This document shows positions 12,501 through 25,190 of a stretch of 64,000 nt of DNA, piece by piece (within the stretch, counting starts at the first letter, position 1; the number at the start of each line of letters is the position of its first letter). The notes under the pieces were generated by a model, which was given only the letters and a program-made list of their open reading frames with translations, was not told the origin of the DNA and did no database searches. This DNA comes from Amphiscolops sp. MND2022 (taxonomy: Eukaryota): positions 97,590,001 through 97,654,000 of the forward strand of contig OZ076409.1 in NCBI GenBank assembly GCA_964187785.1, read 5' to 3'. The position numbers and the translations under genes are program-made.

Positions 12501-15500
12501 TGTTTCTTTTTCAGCTGACAATCTCACTCTGAATGGTCCACTTTTTACAATTTGTTCATTTGTTCATCTTCGACTAACTTTCTGACGCCGGAGAGCGGGG
12601 GTTCGATTCTCGCACTAAACCATAATATTTTTATGCTTCCAAAAGTACAGGTGAGACCAAAGGGTCCCCCCTTTTGGATTTTTTCGGCACTATGCGACTT
12701 TTTCGAAAATTTTCGAATTCTATCAAAGGGTATCCCCTTGCATTTTTTTTGAAGTTTTCAGTTTGTGAAACCGTTTAATGAACCTAAATGGCCTCTTTTT
12801 GAGTTTTTCGGCATTGTGCGACTTTTTTAAAAAATACTTTTTGAAAAAAAAAACTTTTTTCCAGATATACTTCTTTTGAAAAAAATTTTTCCGAATGTTT
12901 CTAATAGTTGTTCCTTGAATATTTTTGAGCCTTAGATATGACGCCGACTTGGGACGTTCGCGTCTTGTTTCTAATTCTATGGACTTTTCAAACCCCCCTT
13001 TCAAATCATATTTAAAGGTGCGCTTTTTGAAGAAGTGCGCTCCCTCCAAGAAAATTATGAATAACCAACCGTACAGTGCGGGTAAAGGCAGAAGGGCGCT
13101 CAAAATAGCTTTCTCCTGTGGAAACCTCAAAAAATGGGGTGGGGGCACTGATGGACAAAAAATACAAACGTAAATGGGGATAAATCCGAAAACCTTGTCC
13201 TCATCCGGTTTTGTAATTTATGCAAGGAGGAGGAGCAAAAACTGTTGATTTCCTCGGCTTGTTATCAGTTATATAAACTGTTTTGCGAATAGTGTAGTTA
13301 GTTTACTGTAGTTACATTGGAAATAAATGTATGATCATCTGGGGTGTGGAACCGTACGGGTTGAATTGAAATTACGGTTTACGGGTTATCGTCTACGGTT
13401 TACGGTACGGTTTGAAAAAAAACGTTTGCTTCAGAAATAATTAAATTTCTTCATTAAAAATCTTTTGTTATCAATGCCTATCAATAACTTCCTTGCCCCA
13501 AAATGGCAAATGAGGGAACGCCCTCTGCAGATTATAGCGTAAAAATATAATGTTTTCAACCATATCATCCCGTAAGGACGCTCGTATTTGAGACTGAACA
13601 AGTTTATGGCGACTGAAAACTCGCTCGACTGCCGCTTCACTGGTTGGAATTTACTCCAAAAATATTTAAAATTAAATCGTTAAATGTATAAAACAATTCG
13701 CTCGTATTTCTCAAAAGCGTACAGCTCGCTTTTTTCACAACTACGGTTTACGGGTTACTGTTTGGCACGACGGGTTTCGGGCCACGGTCTGAAAATTCCA
13801 CACCCCAGATGATCATCAATGAGACAACAATTTATATGCTACATGTTATTCGATCGTTCTGCTATTTTCATCCGTCTTCAATGCGTGTTTTGATTGATGT
13901 CGACATAATCATATCCATTACATTGAGTGTCAGTTAAAAGTTGCTCATTAGATTTCATCACGGAGAAATTTGCGTTGAAATAGGGACCTTTTTATACTAT
14001 TTCATCTTGTTCCAAGCGTGAATTTCTGCTATTTTGAACAATAATATCAAAAAATTATGGTACTTTTCTGCCTCCGGTGTCCAAACAGTTGTAGAGACAA
14101 TCCTCTAAGAATATACATTCATATAATTTTCTCTTAGTGAAATATTTTTATTCAAGAACAAAATGTGCTTTCACGTGGGGGGAGTGGGGGGTTCTTGAAA
14201 TTAGCAACAAGGTGTACCTGGGGGGGATAGAACACATGGTCCCAGTAAACTCTTTCAAGTCAATAGACACTGTTACGTCTTGCAACACTGACCTGTTGTT
14301 TTTGATAGTGAGAGTGGAAGCGTATCGGTGGAACTTGAGTTCGGGGAAGCCGCGGATGCTCCAGTTGTCCCTCTCGGGGTCATAGGTCATGATGGTGTTC
14401 ATGCAACACGAGTCCGAGTCCTTGATGCCCCCTATGACGTAGATAAGGCCATTGTGGTACACCGAACGACACCCCGTGAAGTTATCTCCAGGCATCTTAC
14501 TGCCCTACAGCAAACAACACATCCGAAAAAAAAATACACTTATCACTATGTTAACGAGGAGTTCTAACTTTAGGTTTCCGGGCATTAGGCTATAATACCC
14601 TAAAAGCCCAAGGGCATGAGCGCCGGCTGTTCCGACACAATGTTACTAAAAACCGCGACACTGTTATCCAAGCAAAACACTTAAAAACAAAATAAGGGCA
14701 CAAAATCTTCTCTCTCTGCGCAAAATCCCGGTTTCAGTGCAGCGGTCATTTTGGATTAATATAAAAGAAAAAGATGAATAAAAATTAAATTTCTCGGATT
14801 TGTATAACGGTGTCCGACATTACGCCCAATAATTTCAAAGATTGTTGTATATATGATAATTTGCACGGACAAGTTACACCTCAGGTACTACGAAATTTTT
14901 CGAAGCCCAAAAACTGAGAAATTAAAATCCGAAGTGACAGTCAAGCCGTGGCTTTCCATTCGTATGAAGTAACATTGTTATATAAACAGTTAATTAAAAA
15001 AACAATAAAATCACTCAGATTTGTATGACATTTTATCAGCCACACTCCTCATTCTGAAACCTAATTTGTTCAAGGCTTTTTTGTTAATCGGGCAATGCTC
15101 CTTTGAAAGTCTTTTCTGGTACAGTGTGATGTCTATTGTTGTTGAACCAAGTTGTTCACTTTGGTAGATAGCAGATAAATTAATAATATTTAATAATTGA
15201 AGTTTAATAATACAACAAACGTTCACATTATTGGGCGTAATGTCCTAGAACACTAACTTTTATAAAACAAAATGCCCGCTAAGCACCGGGATATTTTCAA
15301 AATAATATATTTTTATTTTTTAAATAACGGGATATTTTTAAAAAATAACGCATCAACACGGGTTCGAACCCGTGACCTCGTCATCCGCTTCAATAAATAA
15401 CTTATCAACACGGGTTCGAACCCGTGACCTCGTGCCTGACAGGCAGACGCACTACCAACTGTGCCACGGTTACTAAAATATCCATTCACTAAATGGAGTA

Positions 15501-18500
15501 ATAAAAGTGGAGTTTTGGCAGAATTTGTAAAAAAAAACAACACAGATGATGATTTTCCTCCCCCATTAAATGTGGGCGGAAAATAACAATCTATTGACAA
15601 GATTCTATCACTCGAGACCATGTGGTAAAATGTAAGCTGTTGATCTCTGGCTTGATAATTATCTTATTAGTAAATATATGTCAACAACCTACTGTTTTCA
15701 TTCATCTCTAAGGTTAATTTGTTCGAGAGTCTAGCTTAGCTCTCTCATTATCGCAGAATTTTTTGAATTGGCAAGCCAGGAGATATTGGTTGTTGGAAAT
15801 TGGCTGCAACAAAAATTGTCAAAAAACGCACCGAAGGTTCACTTTCTTGAATACTTTGATCCCTCAAAGCTTTTTTTGGAAAGAACCATTGAACTAATGG
15901 CCCACTATTTTATAAATTTTAGGAACATTCGGGAACCAACAATATTTCCAAGAGCAAAAAAAACTTGAAAACAAAAACAAAACTCCTTCGGGGCACATTA
16001 TTATTTCTGCTTTAATCTTTCATTTTCAATAACAGAATCATATCTGGAATACAAATACACTCCTGTTTATCATTATTTAGCGCACAATTAATTTACACCG
16101 CGTCTAATTCTTCCCGGGCTAAAAATATAACTACTAAGCGTAGACGAAGTTTCGCATTCGCATTTGAATGCAGGCGAAGCTCTCGGCGAATACCCAACAC
16201 TCGTCCTTTTCATCTCAATAACTCGGCGTACGAAAGCATAAATACCACTCGCTCGCTTCATCGCACGAGAAGTGAATTGTCGTCGGCAGCTTGAGAAATT
16301 TAACTCTCACGCTTATACTCACTGCCGAAGAAAATATCTGAATTTTTCAGGCTCATAACAAGAACTGTTCTGAAAAAAAGTAGAATTCTTGAGGTTTCAA
16401 TAACATTCCTGCTATCGCAGAAATGATAAAAATTGAAGGCAAATTTTTGATTACAAGGCAGACTTCACAAAACACAATTTTTGAATTTTGCTAAAGCGTA
16501 CCAAAAAGTTTGACTCAAAACATACGAATCGGGGATTTAGTTTTTCTACCTGACTGAAGAACGAAAATCCTACCCACTTGAACAAAACATGATACTATAA
16601 AGCAAAAACGAACTTTTGCATTTACCTCCTCAAAATCTCTCAGCGAACGATTAATTACTGAAGTCAACACAAACTTTCCAATTGCCAGCAAAATTCAGTC
16701 CTTTTTGAAGAACAAAGAAAATGAGCAAAACAAGTTGCCTCGGCTGCATTACAATTTAAAATCCAGCTTACGCAGAAAATTAAAAAGCAGTGCAGCGACA
16801 ACCCCAAATGGAATAAACCTCATCAGCTTGTTATGATGATTTGCCTCTTCAGAGTCGAATTATTTAGAAACGAAAATTGACACCAAATTATCTTCAATAA
16901 GATAATTGGTGTTGAATCGTTTTGCATCGAATCTTACAGGATCGGAAAAGAAAATTTCAATATAATTTTAGCAACCAAAATTGGCTTTATCACTCGGTCT
17001 TCCTCCTTCAGAGGATCTTTGCGCCCCTCGGATTTCGTGAAATTTGCCGCTGGCCAAGTAGTGGCACGTCACTCCGCTTCGCTTCGCTCCTGCATTTAGG
17101 GCACTATAGGTATGGTGTTTTTTAGTAATGATTTATTTCCTTTTTCGATCCTAGATAAAATCTAGTCACAATTCGATCCTAGATAATCTTGCAACTTTTC
17201 GATCCTGCACAATTCGACTCTGTGTAGCAATTTCATAATGAGACATGGATACGTAGACGATCAAACCTACCTGGGTCCAAGTCTCTGTGTTGACGTCGAA
17301 TATCTCCACTGCATTGTCACCCTCTTGTTTGACATTGGAGCCCCCCAGGATGAATATCTTGGAGCCGACCGTGTGGGTGCACATGCCTGCCTTGGCCGCC
17401 TTGAAGGGGGGCATGTCGTACCAGTCAGAGAGGGGCTCCTCCGCAGAGAACATCGTGTTCAGGGGCTGTCCTGTCAAGTCAGTGCCTCCTGCCAATCAAC
17501 CAATCACATTGCAGCAATCAATCAGCCAATCATAATTAGGCTATGCACAAAACGAATCGTCAAATTTTGAAGAATTGCCAACTCGTCGAATTTTTTGAAC
17601 GGCGGTAACTCATATCAAGCGACCAATCATATCAATTTGAAAAAGCGACAATTCATAAGTGTAACTGATATTTATTAGAAATTATGAAATAGTAACAAGA
17701 TTTCATAGATAATATCAGTGTCATGGATAATCACTTCCTTATCACACCTTCGTCCAAAGAAGAGAGAAATGTTGCAGAGAATTTAATTTTGAGTAAAGCG
17801 CATAAAATGCGAAACAAGTCCAAATAAACTTTGGAATTTCTAATTGCAGTTAATCTTAAAATGTTTTCGAACTTATATGTAGGTACAGTAGAATCCGCCT
17901 AATTCGTATCACTGGGGACCGAATAAAATAGTACGAATAGTGAGAAATACGAATTAACCGGATGATATTACTTTGGTCCTTGCGAAATGGGGGTCTCAGA
18001 TACATACGAATTAAACGAAGATCCGAATTATCCGGATACGAATTAACCGGAGTTGACTGTATTTGTAACTTATTGGCAAATCTGATATGAGTTGTCGTCG
18101 CTTTATCCTAATTGATATGAGTTATCGCTTGATATGAGTTGTCACTATGCCCGAATAATCACAGATTAACAATTAGAAACTAGAATTCTTCCATCAAAAA
18201 AGAGTCCTTGTGAAGTTTACAGCCAGCGAAGTGTTAATCACGCACCAGTTTGCAATACGTTAAACTTAAAATTTTCAATTTTATCCATGATATGATTCGT
18301 TGAAACCCGATATCGGAGCATCGAAGGCAAGATGAAATAAATGTATCATAGTTTGTTACCACATCGTTGGAAAAATCATTTTCTCAAAACATGCCAAGTC
18401 TGTAATCAGCAGAGTTGGAAGTGGGCCTAAATATCCAGGCCCGCCCAAACCCGGCCATTGCTTTTGAAACTCCTGCTAACAGACAGAAAAAGAATTCAAT

Positions 18501-21500
18501 TCGGACCTTTTTGTTCAACACATCGAAAAACAGGCTCGGCCCGGTTCCAACTCTGGTAATGTGCAACTTAAAAATCCAAAAAACAGTACTTTTTCCAAGA
18601 TGTGTTTGTGATTTAATTTCAATTAGTATTCGACGATAGAAAGAATAAAAATAGTTTTATTTTTGGAACAACAGATTTGAACAACAGAAGACTAACCAAC
18701 GGGATTGAGCATCTACTGAAGAGACAATGGTAACTAATTATGATTGATACATATTTGCCGATTGCTTCAATTTGATCCCAAGAATTTTCAAAGCATTCAT
18801 GACAGTAACGAGTAGAGGTGCACCGGAGAGGAAAATTTCCGTCCGTCCGGACAGGACTGATTGAAGCCGGATACCGGCCGGACCGGACATTATCCTCAAT
18901 TGTAAGCGATGAAGGGCTGTTTTCAGAATTGGGCAATGAGGATTACAAACCAGAGCCGCATATGCGGTAAAGGAGTCGGCTTAAGTCTTTTTCCTTCTGA
19001 CTCGCGCTCGTTCGAATCGTATGAACAGTTTGTGAGAAAATCGAAAAAATCGGAAAATGACTGTTTTTTGGCCATTTTTGGGCTAAAGTTGGCTATGTTT
19101 CTCACATCTCAGCCATGCGAATTTAATGAAATTGCACATAAAGGACCATAATATGGTGTAGAATGACTGTAGAAAATTTCGTTCGAATCGTATGGACAGT
19201 TTTTGAGAAAATCGAAAAAAGTGGAAAAATGGCTGTTTTTTCGCCATTTTCGGGCTAATTTTGGCTATGTTTCTCACATCCTAGCGATACGATTTTGATG
19301 CCATTGCACATATAGGACTCTAATATGGTGTAGAATAACTGTAGAAAATTTCGTTCGAATCGTATGGACAGTTTTTGAGAAAATCGAAAAAAGTCGAAAA
19401 ATGGCTGTTTTTTGGCCATTTTTGGGCTAATTTTGGCTATGTTTCTCACATCCAGGCCATACGATTTTGATTTCTTTGCACACGCAGGGGCCCCTTTGGG
19501 TGTAGAATGACTGTGCAAAATTTTGTGAAAATCGTATGGACAGTTTTTGAGAAATTTGAAATTTTCATGAAAAGGTCGGGAGAAAAAAAACAGCACGATT
19601 GCATAAGTAGTCGAAAATTTTTTTCCGACTCCTAAAAAACGAAGCAGGCTTTTAACACAGAGCGGTGAAAAGCTATTTTCCCTCCGCCATAATCTAATGA
19701 AGTATGATTCAGAGTCACATTCAATTTTTCGATGCACATACACTTTTTCCGAAGTTAGATATTCCGATTATTAAAGATTACTATGTTAAGATAATATCCG
19801 GCCGGACATTGTGAAAAGTCCGACCGGATACCGGACAGGACATTTTCCTGAAATGCGGCCGGATACCGGACCAGATTTGTTGTCCGGTACACCTCTACTA
19901 TCGAGTGAAATGATTAGGAAGAACCATCGAATTTTCTCACTACAATAACAATCAGTGTAGAAATTTTTGCTAGAGGGTTGGAGAGAAATCCCAAAGGCTC
20001 GATTCTAACAGAAAGGTTTAGTTTTTAGTGAGTAAGTTTCGTCCACGTATCGCGTATTCTTTTCACAAAGTCTCTCCGGTGCTCAAGTTTCGACTCCAAA
20101 ACACTATAGAAAAGTTACCTGCAATTAATACTATAATTCAGGAATTATCTGGATAATACAAGTCGAAGATTTCCACAGTACGTAACTACTCAACCAAGCA
20201 ATAACAATAGCACAGCAGGTGAATGAATTATATACAATAACTCGACAAGACTGTGCCAGAATCACGATTCACTCAAAGATTTGCAAGTCCCGGACTTGTA
20301 ACTCATTCGCTGCTCTCACAAAGCAGTTAAGTCAAATTCGATCTCGAGTAGGTTTCTTGCCCGCACGCGGCTCAACTTACTCTTAACTTCGTAATCGTTC
20401 TTCTGTCTCAATTCGGTCTCCTTTTCCCTCCCTAAGATATTTATTCATCAGCCGCATTTTTGTTGTACCGATGTCGCTCTTTTATTTGCATGCTTTTATA
20501 AATCATGTAATTTCATTCCTTTTATGGCATGGTAGCGCCCTAGTCATATTTCGGCCAGACATACTTCGCCGCCAACGTCAAGTAATTCACATCTTGTCCG
20601 AAGTCCACATTTCAATAATAATTCAAGTCACCCGAGATATCTTTAACATCGAAGAAATCGCTCAATGACCTTCAACTACATGGTTTACATGCTTTCTACG
20701 TGTAAGGTGTACTTTTCTGTCATTCTGAGTGCAATACATCGCGAATCGTTCCGCCTGACTGAAATGCATAAATTATCGCTTAAAGACACTGATTTACATG
20801 TTTTATTGTACGTTTTCTTATAGGTTCCGGGGTTACATCTAAAATGACCTTGAGGTCCATCTGTGACCTTGAAGTTATTTGTCATCATCTAATGTCACTA
20901 CATGCCAAGTTATATCGTCCTAGGGTCAATGGTTCCCGAGTTACATGATATGCGTATCGTTTGTTTACTTAAGGCGGTTACCCCCGCATGGGTTACAAAT
21001 ACGGTTTCATTCACATTAAAAATCGACTACATTCATTATTCCGGTTCGTTTGAGATATTACAAGCCAAGGTCAACGTCTTTTATCGGTCGGGCCCGCGCG
21101 TCCGGTCCCGCGTGCCTTAAACAAACATTACACCGCTCGCGGTGGACCGATTAATGTATCTTTCATGTATATTACTTAGGGTTACTAGCTAAACATCTTG
21201 GGTAAGTTTCGTGATCTTCGGGCCATCCGGTGGCTATTTACATAACATTTGAGGTTTATTTACATAGGGTCAGTGCTCCTCCTAGCAGACTATTAAACGT
21301 TCAACCTCAAGTATGTTTTAAAATCAAATGATAGCTTAATTCCATTTTTGCGAGAAAAAAAAATTATACGTAGTGGGTTTTACACAAAAGAGTTGCAATT
21401 TTTCGAAATTCATTTCGAAACTCCGTGTGTTTTCTGAGGAAATTTTGAATTTGGACAATCTATTGGTAGCCGCCGCTAATTTGAATCGCTGAAAAAATTC

Positions 21501-24018
21501 TGCGCGGCCTCTAATTCTCTGATTAGCGGTGTCAAAACTCTGATCAACACTAAATGAGAGAGAGAGAGAGTAGAGTAATGTAGATGGAATAAGACAAGAG
21601 ACCACTGACCTAGACATGAGAAAAAATTGAATCGAGTATCGAATCGAATTGAAATTTTGAAAAATCGAATCGAATCGAAATTTTGTGAATCGAAATTCGA
21701 TGCAGAAAGCAATTTTAAAATGAAAAATAAAAGGTACCACCGAGATTCGAACCCGCGCAAAAAAGGTTTAAAGTTACATTTCATTTTGTATTAACCGACT
21801 GAGCCATAAGGGATTAAAATCTTTTGACTAAGTGAGAGAGTCTGGAGTGCCAGTGGGTACATGGTGTCACACAAACGGGAAAATTTGTCATCCGAGAGTG
21901 TAACAAGCCGGGAACGGCCCAAGTCGGCGCCATATCTAAGGCTCAAAAATAGCAAAAGGACTTCAAAGTGTCAAGTATTCTCTTCTACAGTACCCCCGCT
22001 TGAGGAAAAATTGGAAAAAAAATTCCAAACTTTTTAAATTTTTTTTCGATTTTTTTTGGTTTCCGGTAAGTCGCATAGTGCCGAAACATGTAAAAGGGGG
22101 CACTCTGGGAGTCTTTGAACATCCATTTTTTGTAAAATAGACAAAAAAATGACGGGTGGACCCTCTGGAGATATTTGTGAAAAAAAAGTCTCACAAAGCC
22201 GAAAAAAATTTGCACAAAAAAATTTTGGTCAAGGGCGGGACTCGAACCCATGTCCTTCTGCTTGGCAGACCTCAAAAAAGCCGTAACCTCTATGCCAAGT
22301 GGCAGTGAAGTAGTGTGGCAGTAGTGGCAGTTTAGTGTTAGTCGGTCAACTTATAAAATTTATAAAATCTGTCAGTTCGTTGGTCTTAAATAAAAGAAGT
22401 CACTACTATAGTCTGCGTTTTTCTTCGAAAAGCGCCGACTAAAAAACTTTGTGTTTCTTCATGAAAATTCTTCACTAATTGTATGATGATAGTGCTTTTT
22501 AAGTTTTGATTTTTTTAGTTTTTGATGCTTTAGTTTTTGAAAATAAACTTTTGAATGGTTATTTGTTTTTTGAGCGGATCGAATTGGATCGAATCGAAAA
22601 AACTCAAAAATCGAATCGAGTTGAATTAAAAAACGGTGGATCGTTTCATGTCTACACTGACCTAGTACGAAGACCCGATCCTGACACTCGACCATGGAGC
22701 TGTAGACTCTGGGGGGCAAACTGCCCAGGTCCTCCTCCTGTTTGGCCAGGTGCTCTATCGTGGCCCTGAACTGTTCCGGGGTCACTCCTTCGGGCGGGGG
22801 CTGCGAGGGGTCAAGGTTTAGCAGCGGCTCCACGCCAGGTACCACTGTGCAAACACAACACCTTCACACTTTATACAAGCTTTGAAAAATAATCTCAAAC
22901 AAGCAGGGAACGGCGTAAGTCGGCACCGCGCTTAAGGCTCAAAAACTAGTATTTGAATTAGTATTTCTCAAAACATTTCTTACTCTATGTGAAGTGCGAT
23001 AAAATGCAGAAACCAAACAAAACAACGCTACATAACAAACCAGATCCACATAGGTTGTAAAGGAGTCGAAATTTTTTTCTACTTGAGAAAATCGAAAAAA
23101 GTTCAAAAATGGCATTTTGGTCATTTTCGGACTCATTTTGGCTGTTTCTCAGATCCCAGTCGTACGATTTTGATATCATGGCGCAAGAAGGAGCACCTTC
23201 AAGTGTAGAATGACTGCTAAATTTCATCAAAATAGTATGAACAGTTTGAGAAATTTGAAAATTTCATTGAAAGGTCGGAAGAAAAAAGTTACGATTGAAT
23301 AGGTAGTCAAAATTTTTTTCCGACTCCAAAAAAAAAACATTTTGATCCTGAAAGTTCCCAGAGATCTTCATTTTATGGCAAAGAAAATCATAAGCTGAGT
23401 TTGACTTGTCGGAAAAAGTTTTGTCACGAAGCGGTCCCAACGAATGACTGATATGCGGAGCACAAGAGGAAAGTGTCAAGTGAGGGGATATTATTTGTAG
23501 AATTATGCTATAGTTTGTCTTCTACAAAGAGATCAGGGAAGCGTCGTGGCCAGGGTTTTAACATCGCTAATTTTTTCGCTAATCGCTGAACCGCTACTTT
23601 CAAATTCGCTATTTCGCTGACAAGGTTTTTTGTCAAATTATCAAATGTTTGACATCAAGTACGTTTTAAAATCAAATGATAACTTGCTTTAGTATTTGTA
23701 CGAAAAAGAAAAATTGAATTTCTATTCTGTGTGCGTTTTACAAAGGTAAGACTTGTGGAAGTTTGCAAAATTACCGTGAGAAAATTTTGATTTCGCACAT
23801 TCTAATAGTTTCCGCTAGTTTGAATCGCGGATGAAATCGCTGAAAATTCCTGCGCGGTCACTAATTCGCTAAACCGCTAATAAGCGGTGTCAAAACTCTG
23901 GTCGTGACTTACTCGATACTCGTTCCCTGGGTCGTCTGTTGTGCAGGGTTGTGGTGACAGTTTTCCAGTTGGCGAACCCTGTCGCAAAAGGACCGCTCTT
24001 GTCCTTCTTTGAACTCAT
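9191..24018 (-). CDS. KLHDC8A: Kelch domain-containing protein 8 (KLHDC8A/B-like), 6 coding exons: 23913-24018, 22662-22844, 17271-17488, 14293-14504, 10333-10545, 9191-9512 (1254 nt, 417 aa)
   Basis: Seven GG-containing kelch blades and no BTB domain. Motifs parallel vertebrate KLHDC8A as recalled: LPPRVYSS..VLGG, RYAS..LYVSGGREGK, PRADF..FAIGG, MPTPRF..VYGG. GT-AG junctions have consistent phases 1,1,0,2,2. Confidence 0.88.
10333..10545 (-). CDS. KLHDC8A: KLHDC8-like exon 5
   Basis: tttag| LYVSGGREGK...FYLLGGMDY...LMH AG|GTCAGG. Confidence 0.9.
10611..10962. mobile_element. hAT MITE family (CAGGGTTTTGACA TIR, CGCTAA-rich)
   Basis: TIRs plus 8-bp TSD AACATCAT/AACAACAT; partial copies at ~1870-2080 and 21288-21542. 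Confidence 0.82.
13339..13808. mobile_element. hAT-like MITE with TACGG subrepeats
   Basis: TIR CTGGGGTGTGGAA/TTCCACACCCCAG; 8-bp TSD ATGATCAT. Confidence 0.8.
14293..14504 (-). CDS. KLHDC8A: KLHDC8-like exon 4
   Basis: tgtag| GSKMPGD...LIYVIGG...YDPERDNW...TIKNN AG|GTCAGT. Confidence 0.92.
15405..15473 (-). pseudogene. tRNA(Asp)-like pseudogene or SINE head
   Basis: A box TGGCACAGTTGG, loop CT-GTC-AG, B box GGTTCGAACCC; acceptor stem does not pair; B-box segment duplicated at ~15355-15382. Confidence 0.55.
15983..16427 (-). mobile_element. Helentron/DINE-1-like family A copy
   Basis: Same core (GAATGCAGGCGAAGC...) and ends as 6598-7171. Confidence 0.62.
17271..17488 (-). CDS. KLHDC8A: KLHDC8-like exon 3
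   Basis: GGTDLTGQPLNTM...KIFILGGS...VEIFDVNTETWTQ |GTAGGT. Confidence 0.92.
17886..18059. mobile_element. pogo/Tc1-mariner MITE
   Basis: TA|CAGT...ACTG|TA ends with a palindromic body; partial inverted copy at ~36750-36871; another TA|CAGT element at ~28470-28635. Confidence 0.75.
18813..19897. mobile_element. hAT-like element with CCGGA subrepeats, containing a nested repeat of ~175-bp tandem units (~18950-19760)
   Basis: TIR TAGAGGTGCACCGGA/TCCGGTACACCTCTA; TSD GTAACGAG/CTATCGAG; the nested repeat recurs at ~23040-23460. Confidence 0.72.
19968..21287 (-). mobile_element. Probable solo LTR (~1.3 kb)
   Basis: TGCTAG...CTAGCA termini; non-coding; TATAAAA and AATAAA motifs on the minus strand near 20440-20500; no TSD visible (right flank is a truncated MITE). 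Confidence 0.5.
21611..22654. mobile_element. hAT MITE (ATCGA-rich) inserted at the KLHDC8 exon 2 splice donor; contains a nested Helentron-like element
   Basis: TIR TAGACATGA/TCATGTCTA; perfect 8-bp TSD CACTGACC (21603-21610, 22655-22662). Confidence 0.85.
21902..22445 (-). mobile_element. Helentron-like family B (AGTCGGCGC subTIR); related copies or pieces at ~3441-4150, 11832-12970, 24308-24678, 25191-25511, 25660-26666, 32480-36300, 52800-53180, 55000-55290
   Basis: On the minus strand: TTTTT-AGTCGGCGC with adjacent partial IR ... GCGCCGACT, hairpin GCCG-TTCC-CGGC, then TTGTT; no TSD; frequently nested. Confidence 0.65.
22662..22844 (-). CDS. KLHDC8A: KLHDC8-like exon 2
   Basis: cacag| VPGVEPLL...GSLPPRVYSSMVECQDRVFVL G|GTCAGT. 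Confidence 0.88.
23551..23900. mobile_element. hAT MITE, same family, 12 nt from the KLHDC8 exon 1 donor
   Basis: TIRs plus TSD GTCGTGGC/GTCGTGAC. Confidence 0.82.
23913..24018 (-). CDS. KLHDC8A: KLHDC8-like coding exon 1
   Basis: MSSKKDKSGPFATGFANWKTVTTTLHNRRPRERVS + A|GTAAGT; acceptor ttttccag lies 16 nt upstream of the ATG. Confidence 0.78.
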
Positions 24019-24680
24019 TCTACGGCAATGCTATCTGGAAAACATGACACGGTGAATTTCTGAAACTGCATAAAAACCTTCAATATACTGTAGGAAAGAT
24101 TTCCACCATTTTGAATAGGCTTCCAGATGATATTCAACAGACGCAAAGAAAGTGAGAACCATGTAAAGTTCACTGAAATAATACACAGTTGAACACAATA
24201 CTTGGCCGCATATAATCAGAAAGAATAAAAGTGACAATGACTATTCACTCTTTTGAAGATAATGAGAAAGCTCTCATTCTCATGAGAAGATTCTGGAAAT
24301 ATTATACAAACAAGACGGGAACGGCCCAAGTCGGCGCCATATCTAAGGCTCAAAAAGACTCGAAAACCACTTTTTCTACAACTGGAGACAACAAAAGCTC
24401 TCAAAAAACTAAAAATTGAGAAAAAAAATTCCGAATTTTTTTTGAATTTTTTTTTCGAAGTTTCCGGTAAGTCGCATAGAGCCGAAAATGTAAAAGGGGG
24501 GCGCTTTTTCTCATGTTAGACGCTTTGGATGCGTTGAAAATGAAGTATTAAGTACATATGGTAAAAGTTGGTAAATGTGCATTATAATGCACAAAAAGTG
24601 GACGTTACGCGTTGAACTGACGAAAAAAAACTAGCCACTGTAAGAGTCGGGATTTTCTTCGAAAACGCCGACTAAAAAGA

Positions 24681-25190
24681 GGCCCTTCGGGCCACACCAT
24701 TATTTCTGCTATAATCTTTCATTAAAAACAGAATCATATCTGGAATACCAATACACTCCTGTTTAATCATTATTTAACGCGCAATTAATCACTGTACCAG
24801 TTTATACCGCCTCAAAATCTCGGACTAAAGCAAATATAACTACTAAGCGTAGACGGAGTTTCACATTCGCATTTGAATGCAGGCGAAGCTCTCGACGAAC
24901 GACTAATTAACACTCGTTCGCTTCATCTCTAACTCGGCGTACGAAAGCATAATTACGAACATTCGCTCGCTTCCTCTCCATGACATCAGCGTATGAATGC
25001 ATAATTACCACTCGCTCGTTTCATCGCACGAGAAACGAATTGTAGTCGGCAGCTTGAGAAATTTAAATCACACGCTTACACTCACTGCCGAACAAAATAT
25101 CCGAATTTTTCAGTAGATACAAACAAAAAATTTACTGAAAAAAGGTGAAACTTTCAGATTTCAATATTATTCATGCTTTGGAGAAATATT
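24681..25190 (-). mobile_element. Helentron/DINE-1-like family A copy
   Basis: Terminal hairpin GGCCC-TTC-GGGCC, subTIR ATTATTTCTGC, shared core. Confidence 0.62.

Noticed and set aside
15405..15473. Functional tRNA-Asp gene (likewise the other tRNA-like pieces)
   Set aside because: Acceptor and other stems do not pair; embedded in repeats
19255..19743. 162-aa ORF (also 33727-34209 and 12723-13148)
   Set aside because: F/K-rich chance ORFs in AT-rich non-autonomous repeats
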